From positions 33,852,001 to 33,916,000 of the forward strand of contig OZ360249.1 of NCBI GenBank assembly GCA_977017645.1: 64,000 nucleotides of DNA, given 5' to 3'. The stretch comes from Torpedo marmorata. Its lineage: Eukaryota. The notes below the pieces were generated by a model. The model searched no databases. It was not told where the DNA came from and saw nothing but the letters and a program-made list of their open reading frames with translations. A program made the position numbers and the translations under genes. Numbering within the stretch: position 1 is the stretch's first letter; every line of letters starts with the position of its first letter. This document shows, in pieces, positions 50,691-63,742 of this stretch.

Positions 50691-51892
50691 CATTGAATTC
50701 CAGTCTTGACAAAAAAACGTAGAATGTAATTCATAAGCAGAAATGATAACTAATTTAAAAAGCTTACCAAACTATTTCTCCAGATGCATAACGATAATCA
50801 AATATGATCAAAATATATATTCATTTTCCATATGTTTTTATGAAGGAAAAGGAAAGTGTGTCTAATCTTTGAAGTGTGTTTCATCAGTTTTCCAAGACTA
50901 ACAAGCTCTACCAGTTATATGTTTCCACTCATTGGCTATTTCTAATCAAATATTAATATTACCCTTGAATTAAATTCTATACTCTGTAAAACTACTAATC
51001 TTCTTCTCTTGCATTCAGCAGGTGACAGTGGACTGTGGTTTAAAATGATAAAACCATGATGATGTGAGAATTTTCTTACTGTAACTTAAAGGCAAAGTTG
51101 ATGGACATCTTCCCCTGGAAGAAAATATGCCAAGATATCAAGTGGATGAGTATTGCAACTCAAGAGATAAATAAGCATAGGCATTAGCATAAGCTTAACA
51201 TTGATATGGTTTTTAAAGAGGAGAACAAGCTCTTGTTTGCAGAGAACTGTGTGTTAAAACAACAACAAAAATAGCTGTGTTGCATTACAATTGTGGCAAC
51301 TCCAACAACTGCCAGTTAGTAATTGTTATGCTTGCAGGCAAAATTATGAAATATTTTCAGTGAACATGATAAGATTGTGGTAGAGATGGTAGTTTAAGTG
51401 AGGTAGTTAACCTTCCAGAAGAAAAGAGAAAAAAAAACCATTTAAGCTCATTACTCTGCTATTGAAAACTCATCCCGTCTAACATCCACTTATAGCCTTT
51501 TTTAATGGAATTGATTCCATTATCTTTCATGCATGTTGTTCCAAACATTCATCCTTCCTTCAGTCAAAACTTTTACTTTTACATCCTTAGTTGCATTCAT
51601 TCACCCATTCACTCCAGAATCCTTTGCCCGTCATTCTTCTAGAATATATATCTGAGAAAATAAGAATGCTAACTTAAAGATTAAAATAGAAACATAAACA
51701 CATGAGAAACAGAAGCTGGAGTAACCATGAAGCTCCTCATGACTGCTCTGACATTCAATAAGATCGTCGCTGATCTGTTACTTCAGCAACACATACCCAC
51801 ATGAATCCCTTAACGTCCAAAGGTCTATCAATCTTTGATGTTAATCTAGTCAGAGATTTAACCTCCTTGGAGGTGAACAAGAAACTGGGGTC

Positions 51893-53271
51893 TTGTGCAA
51901 TACACAAAATTCAGAATGTAGAAACTCAGCAGGTCACGCAGCATCCATAGGAAGAAAAAGGCAATTAACGTTTTGGGCCTGAACCCTTCATCGGAATGTG
52001 GTAAAACAGTTAGATTCCTGAAAAAAAGGGGGACAGGGGGGAGAAGGAGAGGAGTGGAGGGGAGGGGGGGGGAAGGGTAGGAGCACAGGCTAACAGGAAA
52101 TATGTGGAGTGAAACACTAAAATCTGCAGACACTGTGGTTGACTTAAAAACACAATGCTGGAGAATCTCAGCAGGTCAAACAGCGCACTTTATATAGCAA
52201 AGGTAAAGATACATAACCAAGGTTTTGGGCGTGAGCCCTTCATCAAGGTATTTGCAAAATGTACGCAGGTGCCTGAATAAAATTGTAGGGGGAGGGGCAG
52301 GAGAAGAGCACAGGTCCACAGGCAAGAGGTAATAGCTAGATAAGGGAGGGAGGGCACAAGATAAAATAGGGGGAGTGTGTATAGCTCTGAATGGATACAG
52401 GTGGGAGAGAGGAGGAGAAATAAGCTGAGAAGTAACAGGGGAAGAGGGCAGAAGGGTTGGAAGGCTAGCTCTTAGAAGAATAGGAGAAGGAAGTATGCCA
52501 CCAAAGACTCCATAAATTTCTACAAGTGTACCGTGGAGAGCTTTCTGACTGGTTGCATCACTGTCTGGTATGGAGGTGCCAATGCGCAGGACAGAAAAAG
52601 GCTACAGAGGGTTGTAAACTTGGCCTATGCCATCATGGGCATCAGTCTTCACTCCATCAAGGACATCTTTAAGAGACAGTGCCACAAGAAAGTAGTCCCT
52701 ATTATCAAGGATCCTCACCACCCAGGCTATGCCCTTTTCTCACTGCTACCATCAGGAAGAAGGTAGAGCCTGAAGACGCACCCCCAACATCACAAAAACA
52801 GCTTCTTCCCCCCGCCATAAGATTTTTGTACGGACAATTAACCTATAGACACTACCTCACTTTTTTCTCTAGTTGCACTAATTATTTATTTTTAAATATT
52901 GTATTTACGGAACTGTAATTTATTGTAAAACCGCTGCCGCAAAACACAAATTTTGTAACATATGTTCATGACAACAAATCTGATTCTGAATTCTGAAGGG
53001 AAGGGGATTGGGAGCTGGAGGAAAGGAGGAAGAATGGTTGGGAAATATCCCCATTGCAAGAATGAAGATACATAACCAACATTTCGGACTTGAGCCCTTC
53101 TTTGAAGTTTGGGCGCCTGCCTAAATTTTACTCATACCTTGATGAAGGGCTTAAGCCCGAAACATTGGTTATGTACCTTTGCTATATAAAATACACTATT
53201 TGACGTGCTGAGTTTCTCCAGCATTGTGTTTTTACTTCAATCGCGGTGTCTGCAGACTTTCGTGTTTTACT
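51893..53271. mobile_element. Nest of Penelope pLTRs (two families, four degenerate hammerheads)
   Basis: Minus pLTRs at 51893-52108 and 52108-52490. Inverted pair at 53065-53271 with a plus hammerhead at 53133-53173. Confidence 0.8.
52494..52995 (+). mobile_element. Rex1-like LINE 3' end inserted in the pLTR nest
   Basis: ORF 52533-52766 reads ESFLTGCITVWYGGANAQDRKRLQRVV...LLPSGRR. (attctg)n tail. Confidence 0.88.
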
Positions 53272-54433
53272 CCTATTCACGTCAGATACATCTGTTGGAG
53301 GGAGTGGAATGCACTCCATTTATCGAGTGTATATTCTTCCATGGATTTGAGATCAGTCGCTCTCTCAACAGTTCAGGTGCAATCTCATCAGGCCCTGCAT
53401 AATTGGGATATGCTGCATTTACTCTTGTACTCAAATCTTCTTGAAATAACAGTTAAAATACCATTTGTCATCCTGTTTAACTTGCTGTCTCAGCACATTA
53501 AAACATTCAGTGAATCACATCCATCTACAAGTTCTAAACATTTAAAAAACCTTTAAAAAACTCACAGGTTTGTCAAACATGACTTTATTTTCATTCGTCC
53601 ACATTCAGTCTGCCCACGCCCATTGTTATTTTCCGTAAGCCATGTTAACAATTTTTTGATAGTTTTGGTGATTTTCCTGCTCCTGTCAGGCTATTTTGTT
53701 ATTCCCATTTTTTCTCTTTCTTTCTTAGTTGTATTATCTTGAGCCTCGACAATTAAAAATGATATGAAGCAAGTCAATATGAGTTATAAAGAGTCAAAAT
53801 AAATAAATGTAGACTTCATGATGAGTTTAGGCATTAATAATAAGTCAACAAAACTGTTCAAGTTTTGGACTATGATGCTATAATAGGGGAGAGACTCTGG
53901 AATGTACAATTGTTCAAATAAAGTCTTTTGGCTTTTTCTGTTTCTGCACTCTTTACTGCCAATACAATAAGCTATACAGCTTTGAGATTATTGAACTGTA
54001 TGGATAATAATCGTTCATTGACACACAGCCATTTTTCACAAAATATCAAACTCATCCAATAGTTGACTAATTCTGGTCTAATCATATGTATTGTCTTCAT
54101 TGGGGCTTCCAAGCTCATGTCACACATGAAGGTTCTTCACCTGCTTTCACAGCTTGATTAATTTGTATTTCAGTTTTTGCTAATATCCCAGAGTTATTTT
54201 TATTTATCTTCAAGAACCAAGTTCAGCCCTCAATGTTGTGCCGACCTATATATACCTACCAAAATAACTAAACCATACCTACCTCAAAACCCTCTATTTT
54301 TCTTTCATCCATGTGCCTGTCTGAGAGTCTCTTGAAAGCCCTGAATGTTTCAGTCTCCACCACCACCCCTGGCAAGGCATTCCAGGCACCCACAACTCTC
54401 TACTGATCTTGTTGTCTGCTTTGATAAATTATC

Positions 54434-54707
54434 TTTTAAATCACACAATACACAGTTTAAAACGCAAATTTCTCAAATTACATGTGATACATTTTCACCC
54501 CCCCCTCCCTCCCACCCTCCCCTCCCTAACCCTCCTGAAAAGAAAGAAAGAAGAAGAAAAGGATAGAGTAAGGAGAATGTCAATCTAAAAAGAACAACTA
54601 TAAACTGATCTTATTGTGGTGGTTTATGTTTTAGATGTAATAAAGAGGAAGGTTCTTTTGTACATTCTACATGGTTTTGTCCAAAAGTTTATGATTTTTG
54701 GTTGAGA
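54434..54707. mobile_element. Short L1 insertion with 5' inversion
   Basis: 54434-54619 is the reverse complement of the L1 3'UTR. 54620-54704 is a sense copy of 1099-1183. Confidence 0.82.
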
Positions 54708-54896
54708 GTACCAAGGTCTTAATGCACACAAGAATGGATATCTGATCATGTGGGGAGCAAATGAAAATGCCTAAGGAGATGAGAAGAAAGTTCTCATTGC
54801 ATCGGTGACATATACAAACAGTCAATTCAATGATAGATGTGCACTTCAGAATTACCTGGTTTTAAAGCATATTTGTGTATGTGTGTACAGTATATA

Positions 54897-55810
54897 CCAT
54901 ATATTTCGGCGTATGTCGAGTCTTGAAACCCTCAAAAATCTCTCAAAAAATGGGGGTTGACTTATACGCCAGATATACTTTTGAGACCTTAAAATCAGCT
55001 CAAAAACTACTCCACGCTGATTCGGCGTATAAGTCGACCCTTAAAACCCCGATTCTGCGTATAAGTCGACCCATGAAAAACCGATTCGGCGTATAGGTCG
55101 ATGCTGGAAGCACCTCCCCACCGCCGGCGCCGCCACTTTCGACACCTCCCCACCGCCGGGCGCCGCCATAAACCACCCAGACATTCTACAATTGTAGAGC
55201 CCGAGGTCCCCGCTCCTACCCGGGAGCCTGAGGTCGCCACTCCTGCTCGGGAGAACGAGGTCGCCGCTCCTGCCCGGGAGAATGAGGTCGCCGCTACTAC
55301 CCGGGAGAACGAGCTCCCTGCACCTGCTCGGGAAAACGAGTCCCCGCACCTACTCGGGAGAATGACTTTGCCGCTCCTGCCCGGGAAAACGAGGTCCCCG
55401 CACCTGCTCGGGAGCCGACACGTACCGTGGTTCCTGCACCGAGCACACTTGGGCAGCGAGGCGACTTCTTCAATGAGGACAGCACCGCACCCGATGTGGA
55501 GAATGGAGTTGCCCGTCGCCGACTCTGGCTGCAGCTGAAGCTGAAGACTGGGACCCAGCTCCGTTTGGCATCTTCCCGGCCAGTAGCAAAGGTTTTTTGT
55601 ACTTTTTTTTTTACTTACTTGCTTAATTTACAGCTTTGTTACTTGGCGATTGGGGTGTTGTAACAAATTTTGGGTTGTTGCTGGGAGGCCTGGACAGCCT
55701 GAAAATTGGGGGTCAACTTATACGCCGGATATACAATAAAACCATTAAAATTAGGCTGAAAAAGGGGGGTCGACTAATCTGCGAGTCGACTTATACGCCA
55801 AAATATACAG
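54897..55810. mobile_element. Tc2/pogo-like non-autonomous element with internal VNTR
   Basis: TA|CCATATATTTCGGCGTAT ... ATACGCCAAAATATACAG|TA, with repeated subterminal gtcgacttatacgc motifs. Confidence 0.8.
55203..55416 (+). repeat. 27-bp GC-rich minisatellite, about 8 copies
   Basis: Unit gaggtcgccgctcctgcccgggagaac with variants. Confidence 0.9.
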
Positions 55811-55996
55811 TATATATATACACACACATACACACATATTATATATATATATATATATATATATAGAGTTTAGGTAAGGTTGATCTTCACTATAAAATAG
55901 TGCTCAACACGTAATGTGGAGCTAAATAAATAAGAGTGGAAAGATCCACGAAACAAGCTTGTCGGGCACATGTGAGTAGTGTGCTTTTCTGTTTAC

Positions 55997-56087
<91 letters not shown>

Positions 56088-56410
56088 CAGGTTGTACCTC
56101 TTTAATCCGGCGACGTTGGGACCTGGCCATTGCCGGACCACAGAAAATGCCGGAAAACAGAAATTGACCCCTAAGGGAACCCCCTATGTAAACATATCAA
56201 AGGTAGAACAAAGCTTAAAACAGGAAATAATACTGTGGGGCGGCACGGTTAGCATAGCAGTTAGCGCAACGCCTTTACAGCGACAGCGATCAGGACCGGG
56301 GTTCGAGTCCTGCGCTGTCTGTAAGGAGTTTGTACTAACATCGGCAGATTCAAACGTGCCGGACCATGCGAGTTGCCAGACAACAGAGCACCGGATAAGA
56401 GAGGTACAAC

Positions 56411-56413
<3 letters not shown>
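56088..56413. mobile_element. Tigger-like MITE inside (TA)n, containing a V-SINE 5' half (56237-56335)
   Basis: TA|CAGGTTGTACCTCT ... AGAGGTACAACCTG|TA, with (TA)n microsatellite on both sides. Confidence 0.85.
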
Positions 56414-56448
<35 letters not shown>

Positions 56449-56628
56449 GAGGAGAGTAGGAGTACATAATCAAGAAGAAAAAAAAATCACTATATGACAT
56501 CATATGATATAACATATTGCATTACACCACAATTAACAAATATGTTCTCAACTCCTCAAACTGAAATCTTCAAGAAAAAAGATTTTTTTTTATTATATAG
56601 AACTGCACCTAATCTAAAAAAACAAAAA

Positions 56629-57323
56629 CATTATCAGGTTTATGTTTTAGATGTAATAGAGAGGAAGGTTCTTTTGTACATTCTACATGGCTTTGTCCAA
56701 AGATATATGATTTTTGGTTGAAAGTTAAAAAGTTTTTAGACAAAGTATTAAGAATTACACTCCCAATGGATCCTATGATATTTTTATTTGGAGATATTAA
56801 AAGAATTAGTACTAAGATGAAATTAAATATGTATCAGATAGAATTTTTGAGAATTGCTTTAGCTGTTTCTAAGAAATGTATTGCTATTACTTGGAAATCT
56901 GATGTAGACTTAGGGTTAGAAAGGTGGCATGCGGAGCTTCGTTCATGTATACCACTTGAAAAAATTACTTACAATTTACGTAATAAATATCATTTCTTTT
57001 TGAAAACATGGAGCCCATATATAAAAATGGTTGGTTTAAGGATTTGATGATCTCTGGATATCAGATCTGACTTGTGACCCTATTTTCCACAATAAAATTA
57101 GTTTATAGTTGTTCTTTTTTTTCAGATTGACATTCTCCTTATATCTTTTTCTTTTCTCTTTTTCTTTTCTATTTTATAGATTAGTAGGGGTGGGAGGGTT
57201 AGGGTGGGGAGGGAGGTTGGGGGGGGGGAGAAAATATATCACATGTATTTTGATAATTTTGCATTTTATACAGTGTATTGTGTGATTTAAAAATTTAAAT
57301 AAAATATTTTAAAAAAACAACAA
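56629..57323 (+). mobile_element. 5'-truncated L1 of the same family as 932-1768
   Basis: ORF 56718-57047 is nearly identical to the C-terminal half of 943-1509. AATAAA and an A-rich tail follow. Confidence 0.92.
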
Positions 57324-57339
57324 AAAAAAACAAAAAGAA

Positions 57340-58348
57340 AAAAAAAAGACAGGGCAGCCTATCCTGAGAATTTATTAATAAAAATTAATCGTCTGGTCTT
57401 CACCAACAAAGAGAAAGAAAATAAAATTAAATATAGTCCAGAAGGGAAAATAATTATACTAACTATGTCATGTGGAAATAATTTATAAAAGGTCGCCAAG
57501 TCTCTTCAAATTTAACAGAAATATCAAATGTACGACTCCTAACTTTCTCTGAACTTAAACATGACATAATTTGAGAGAACCATTGAGTCAAAGTAGGTGG
57601 ATTAAAATTTTTCCATTTAAATAAAATAGCTCTTCTAGCCAACAATGTAGAAAAGGCTACAACCCGATGTGTGGAAGTGGGAACTCGTCCCACTTCTGAA
57701 ACTATAATTCCAAAACGAGCAATCAATGGGTTAGGTTGCAAACTAATATCCAGTATAGCTGACAAAGCCTTAAAAATATCTATCCAATACCTCTCCAACA
57801 TAGGGCATGACCAAAACATATGAGTTAGAGAAGCCACTTCTGATTTACATCTATTTACAAATAGGACTAACGTTAGAAAAAATACAGGCCAATTTGTCTT
57901 TCGAAATATGAGCCCAATGAACCACTTTAAACTGAATCAAAGAATGACGAGTACATATTGAAGAGGTATTAACCAATCCAAAAATCTTCTCCCATGATTC
58001 CTCTGGAAGATGTAACTGAAGTTCCTCTTCCCAGGCCCTGTTAATTTTGTCATTAGAATTTGATTGCAATCTTAATAACATTATAAATATTACCTATTAA
58101 ACCCTTATGAGAAGGGTTCAAATGAAAAAAGTATCAATCAAATCTGGTTGGTACAATGTTGGAAAGTTAGGCAGTAAAGTATTCAGAAAATTTCTAATTT
58201 GGAAGTATCTAAAAAAAATGTGACTTAGGCATATTTTATTTATTGGATAATTGTTCAAAAGACATTAAGCTACCATCTATAAACAACTCTGAAAAAGAGA
58301 CGATTCCTTTAACTTTCCAAAAAGAGAAGGCTTGATCAATTATAGGTG
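57340..58348 (-). mobile_element. Second L1 family, ORF2 C-terminal region running into the gap
   Basis: AWEEEL...HSLIQFKVVHWAH...C..C...ASLTHMFWSCP...ARRAILFKWK...ETWRPFINYF (ORFs 57851-58081 and 57463-57837). Confidence 0.88.
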
Positions 58349-58574
58349 NNNNNNNNNNNNNNNNNNNNNNNNNNNNNNNNNNNNNNNNNNNNNNNNNNNN
58401 NNNNNNNNNNNNNNNNNNNNNNNNNNNNNNNNNNNNNNNNNNNNNNNNNNNNNNNNNNNNNNNNNNNNNNNNNNNNNNNNNNNNNNNNNNNNNNNNNNNN
58501 NNNNNNNNNNNNNNNNNNNNNNNNNNNNNNNNNNNNNNNNNNNNNNNNNNNNNNNNNNNNNNNNNNNNNNNNNN
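58349..58574. other. Assembly gap
   Basis: Run of N. Confidence 1.
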
Positions 58575-59199
58575 ACATATTGAGATTTTTTTTTAATTCA
58601 GGCCTAAACGTGGTTAATAATGCATTTTTTTCCTGCCACACTTTGTACATTTCTTGATACCATGTTAGTTTGCAACTATAGATATTTGGGAGTGATTATG
58701 GGGTGGGGTGGGGTGAATTGGTGGCTATAAAGATGTGAATATCCATCCTCATTACGAGTTTTCAACTGGGTGCTGATAATTGTCAATAATATTTAATAGA
58801 AGTGCAAGCTTGTGAAATATTGAAAATAAGTAATAGGGATTCATACAAATTACCCTCAGACAGAATATTCTGGTAAGACTGAACAAGTCTGGCAGCAGTT
58901 GAGAAGAAATATTGATAGTTTAACGTGCTTCGTTGGTTAGTTAAAAGCACACAGTAAGGTAGACATGAGACTGGTCATGTTCCATACAGTGGATTAAGTC
59001 ATATTGGCTTGAATGGTTAGATTTGGCAACCCACATATATTGGGAGATCATATCTAAGGGTAGATTTATTGAACACATTTAAGACTGATTTCAAAGCCAA
59101 AACAAAGCTCTTGATCAGTTCATTAAATTCTGCCCAGATATTTTCTCTGTATTTAGAAAGCTACGTTAATTAACTCATGGTGTTAATCTTGACTCAATT

Positions 59200-59470
59200 G
59201 TTAACATGTTCATTTCTATGTCAAAGATTGAGGTTCAAATTCAACTCCAGATATCTGAGCAGGTAAGGTACTATAGGATGTCCATGTCAGCAGTAAACAA
59301 AGCTGACCTACTCTTTCAGGTTTTTTTTTAAAACTCACACAACACTATTTTACAAAATGCATGCCTAAACCATCGAGTCAAAAACACCGTTCACCCAATT
59401 TCACTCAAAAACAAATTATCTGGTCAGTATCGATGTGTGGATTTGCTGCCAAATTTCCTAACTTACATTT
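59200..59470 (+). mobile_element. Deu-domain SINE remnant
   Basis: ggttcaaattcaactccagatatctgagca head and aaaaacaaattatctggtca 3' motif. Confidence 0.5.
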
Positions 59471-60944
59471 CCAACTGTGCTCCATCAAAATAGAAATAGA
59501 CTAAAACACTCAATAGGTCAAGCAGCATCTGTGGATTGAAGGACACAGCTTATTCGTTGACGTCTTTCAACAGAACTGTACTTCATTTGAAGCGTATGGA
59601 CGTTAATGGGTCATGAAAGATAGATTGGCAGAGCAGATGGGAGGACTGTAGTGACAGCAGGTGCAGACTTTAAGTCAGCTCCAACATTCTCAGCTACTCA
59701 ATTATGCCTGCCAAGAGACAGCAATATCTATTGCCCACATGCATGTCTAAGATATACATTTTGCTCAATAATGAACCAGAAATACTTACTAAAATAACCA
59801 AATATTCATACACATTTTGTGATTGACCTATAAATTGTCCTTCAAATGGGATCCACCATGAAACATATCATTCTAGGAAATTCAAGAAACTTGTGAGTCC
59901 AGTGGGAAGTGTACTCAGCACAGCTGGAATTGATCAGGACAAAGCTAAATTTCATGTTGGATTTATGATTGACTATCCTTGCTTAACTATATGCATGGAG
60001 ATGGACAATTTTACAGTATATTTTTGGCCAAAGCAGATCGACATCATTAAACAAGGGTTTGATGTGGAACACAAACTTTGTAAGTATATCAAAACTAATG
60101 GGAACAAATCCTTGCTTTTAGGAACTCAGTCATTTGAAATGAAGAGCATTGACATGAGCCCCAGCATCACAAATTATCACGGCCTAAATTTGTCCCATTG
60201 AGCCCTTTCTTTTGACCTAGTGAAAAACTGTTACAATTCTGAAAGAGACCAATTTTTACAAATCAAAGCTGTAATGCACTGTAATGACAGTCTCTAGCTA
60301 TTGAAGAGTAATCCTTCCATATTAGAATCTTTTCACAATAATAATGTAACAGGGAGAAAATTTGGTCACATTTTTATCAATTTGTAATTGATCAGTCAGA
60401 TTGCATCTATGGAAGGCCTTAGCAGCCATTTCTAAGTATGTGGATTAATTCATGAATCCTGTAAAATAGAGATTCATCCTACAATGCACCAGCAAACTAC
60501 CATCAGAGCCAGGTTATTCATGTTAACATATTAAGTAAGTTTTATATGAATGTCAGAGATGTAAGGTTGAGAGTGCATTTGCTCCATTACTGGTAGGGTT
60601 TGTCATCTAAAGGAAAGCCTCATTTAATAATTGTGTTGGTCATGCTTCCATGATTGTTTAGGGTTTAGTGAAGTCATGATTCGACTTCTAATTTATGCAA
60701 AGATGGGTACTAGATACATTGATATATGAGCTAGGATTCTCGACCAGAAATCTAGTATCTTTGAACAATGATCTGCAATTATGAATTCAATTCCCACAAT
60801 CACATTTGGGGAATTCTAATGCAATTGATTAAGTAAATATGGACAGAAAGCTGACATCAATAATTGTGACCATGAAACTTCATTCTTGTTGAGAAAACGT
60901 AACTCGTTTATAAATATGCTTATCTGACCCACTCCAGAAGCAAG

Positions 60945-61232
60945 GTGCAACACACAAAATGCTGGAAGAACTCAGCAGGTCAGGCAGCATCCATGGAAGG
61001 CAATAGATAGTCAACATTTCGAACCTTAACCCTTCATCTGGAAGTAAGGTAATGTATTTGACTTTTGTTTGCCATCCCTGATTTGGTTTTTTAAATTTAG
61101 GCATACAGCACGATAACAGGCTATTTCAATCCACGAGTCCATGCCGCCCAATTTGCTCCCAATTAACCTACACCCCTGGTACTTTTTGAATGGTGGGAGG
61201 AAACCGGAGCCCCTGGGAAAAACCCACATATA
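60945..61232 (-). mobile_element. Short Penelope pLTR (60945-61045) followed by a V-SINE 3' half (61088-61232)
   Basis: tgctggaagaactcagcaggtcaggcagcatcc...cccttcatc, then a SINE tail and core in reverse. Confidence 0.75.
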
Positions 61233-61986
61233 CTTGGTTCGAAGGCAACAAGCATAGATATATTCCCTCACTGTGGTGTTTATTGTATCTTTGTTTAGTA
61301 CATGGTACAACCGCTCAGCTTCCCAAAATGCCTGATTATACATTTGTGATTCCCCACAGTAGCCACTGTCTCTGACATGAATAATAACTATAATTAGAAA
61401 TGGATTGCATCTCCTAGCACTTTCAACACAGAGGTGCCTTGAAGAGGAACAGAAGTTCTCTTGAGCTGATTTTACAAATGGCAGCAAGAGTGCACATGAT
61501 CCCCAAACTGCGTAGGGAACTCCGAGTAGATTGTGTTTATAATGGGAAGAGTTCAATATTTTCTGTTTATGCTCTTTGTTTAAGAACATTACAAACAGGT
61601 GCAGGATTAGGGGAGATAGTCCTTCAGGTCTGAACTGCCAATACGTTTGTGGTTAATCCTATGTCTCTTTGAGTTTCCCATCTATTTCCCCTGATAACTT
61701 TCGTTTACAGAGATCTATCATACTCAGACATGAATCCATCGACCTTTGGGATTCAGAATTACCAAGACTTGTAACCCTTCTGAGGAAAGGCTATGCAGAG
61801 TATATTACTAAGTGCAATGTCACACGATCAGCACCTGGAACAGCTCGTGAGTTGAGAGTGGACATTGCCATCAATGAGCATGCCATTCAGAGTTTCTGAG
61901 ATTGGATGAGTTATGTAGCACTTTGCTCTACAGTCCTGAGGAATCTGAATTAAGAGAGGATCTGGCACATGGGATTTATACAGAGG

Positions 61987-62784
61987 CAGTGGCATAGCTA
62001 GAGGGGGAGCTGCTACCCCTGAGCACATTCTTCAAAAGTGGTGCCTTTTCCAACAGTTCCCTTGTGCGATAAAAGTCGAACCTCATTTGTTTTTTATTGG
62101 TTTTTTTTTTTTTTACTTTATCGCATGGTCTTGGAAGAACTTTCTGGATTCATTCATTACTTTATTCGACCAACCTCCCGGTGTTTTGAACTGTGTGCTC
62201 AGTCTCCTGTGATGTGCTGGTGGCCGCTGGCATCTGGGGAACCAAAACAAACCGTGACATCATCACGTCCTCTCTGACGCTGGATGGTCCCGTGGAACTT
62301 CATCTTTTTCATGTCACAAGACACAACCCCAGATATATGTAAGTTTCATACATAATGACACTATTACTGAAACGTGAAATTAATGAACGTAGAATACAAT
62401 TATGTATATTATAGCTAGGTAATGAAATATTTTGTGTAATGTAAGAGAAATGAGCGTGCGTTTACAAGCCAAAACACATCGGTACCTGTAGCCTAGCCAA
62501 TGCACTTTTCTTGCTCTCCTATCGTGGGTGCAATCATCATTCCCCTGACTTTTGGTACTGCAGTCTTAGATTTTTTTTTCTGATAAGGAATGCCAAGAAG
62601 AAAAACACTAAGAAGAATAAACTATCTGGGTGGGACAGAAAGAAGATGAAAGAAGTTGCAAATCGAGAAAAAAAATCGCCAAAATGTCAGAGATTGGACA
62701 CCTAATTAAAATTATTTGGTATGTGTTGTGGTGCCTTTTTTATGTGCTCGCTCCCCCTAACTTTAGAAGCTGGCTACGCCCCTG
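61987..62784. mobile_element. Non-autonomous hAT-like element
   Basis: TIR CAGTGGCATAGCTAG and CTGGCTACGCCCCTG. Flanks TACAGAGG and CAGAGAGG match 6/8. It appears to interrupt a CR1 tail. Confidence 0.6.
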
Positions 62785-62880
62785 CAGAGAGGTATGATGA
62801 TCAGCATGGACATGGTGGCCTGAAGGGTCTGTTTCTATGCTGTACAACTCTATAACTTTACGCACAAATACTCTGCTGGA

Positions 62881-63067
62881 GGCCCCCACTGATCAATGCA
62901 GTGAGTTTCAGATTCAGGTTTCAGATTTATTGTCAGAGTACATACATGACATCACATACAGCCCGCAGGAAAAAGGAATCTCAGGGGTGTATGTGACGTC
63001 ATGTATGTACTCTGACAATAAATCTGAAATCTGAATCTGAAACTCACTGCATTGATCAGTGGGGGCC
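62881..63067. repeat. 187-bp palindrome built from a Rex1-like tail plus flanking DNA
   Basis: 84-bp arms at 62881-62964 and 62984-63067 with 3 mismatches and a 19-nt loop. Confidence 0.95.
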
Positions 63068-63499
63068 ATCATATGTCAGGATTTCGTGTTGGAACTCCTC
63101 ATCGAGACTGATGCTGATCGACCCGCTGAGTTCCTCCAGCAGATTTTCTTTGCTCCAGATTCTAGCATCTGCAACCTGTTGCATCTCTATGATCTCATTG
63201 ACAACGCAGGCTTGAAGGGGCAAATAAACTCCTCTTGCTTTTGCTGCCTAAATGTTAACAATTAGAATGACTTCAGAATTCCATTATGGCGCTTCAAGAA
63301 TTTGAATTATTTTTTTTAAAACATAGGTCAATAAAAGTTTGTGGCTTGTTGTGAGAGCACAACTGGCCTTTTTCTCAAGTTGGAGACTGAAATTTGCTGC
63401 CTTTATATTTTGGCTTACATGAGACTACAAACTGTACACGTGATTTTAAATTTTATTAATTTAAATTTAATGTTTTTTTTTTAATTATTAAAATGTTTA

Positions 63500-63742
63500 A
63501 ATTTTATTATTATCATGGTAAAAGTCGATTCCAGCCATTTAAACCCATGCAGCACAATTACACACAAATTAACCTACAACCCCATACGTTTTGAATGGTG
63601 GGAGGAAACAAGAACACCTGGAGGAAACCCACGCAGGTCACGGGGAGAACGTACAAACTCCTTACAGACAGCATAGGATTTGAACCCGGGTCACTGGCGC
63701 TGTAATAGCGTCGCACCAACCACTACGCTAACCGTGCCGCCT
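63500..63742 (-). mobile_element. V-SINE (HE1-like)
   Basis: Ends ...ctacgctaaccgtgccgcc, with the V core in reverse. Confidence 0.85.

Noticed and set aside
55101-55538. Repetitive 145-aa ORF (EVAAPAREN repeats)
   Set aside because: It is the translation of a 27-bp VNTR within a MITE, and the frame shifts inside the array.
42318-58657. ORFs spanning the two N runs
   Set aside because: Artefacts of assembly gaps.
59893-60320. 102-aa ORF as an exon or ancient RT remnant
   Set aside because: Only a faint resemblance to Penelope RT, too weak to call.
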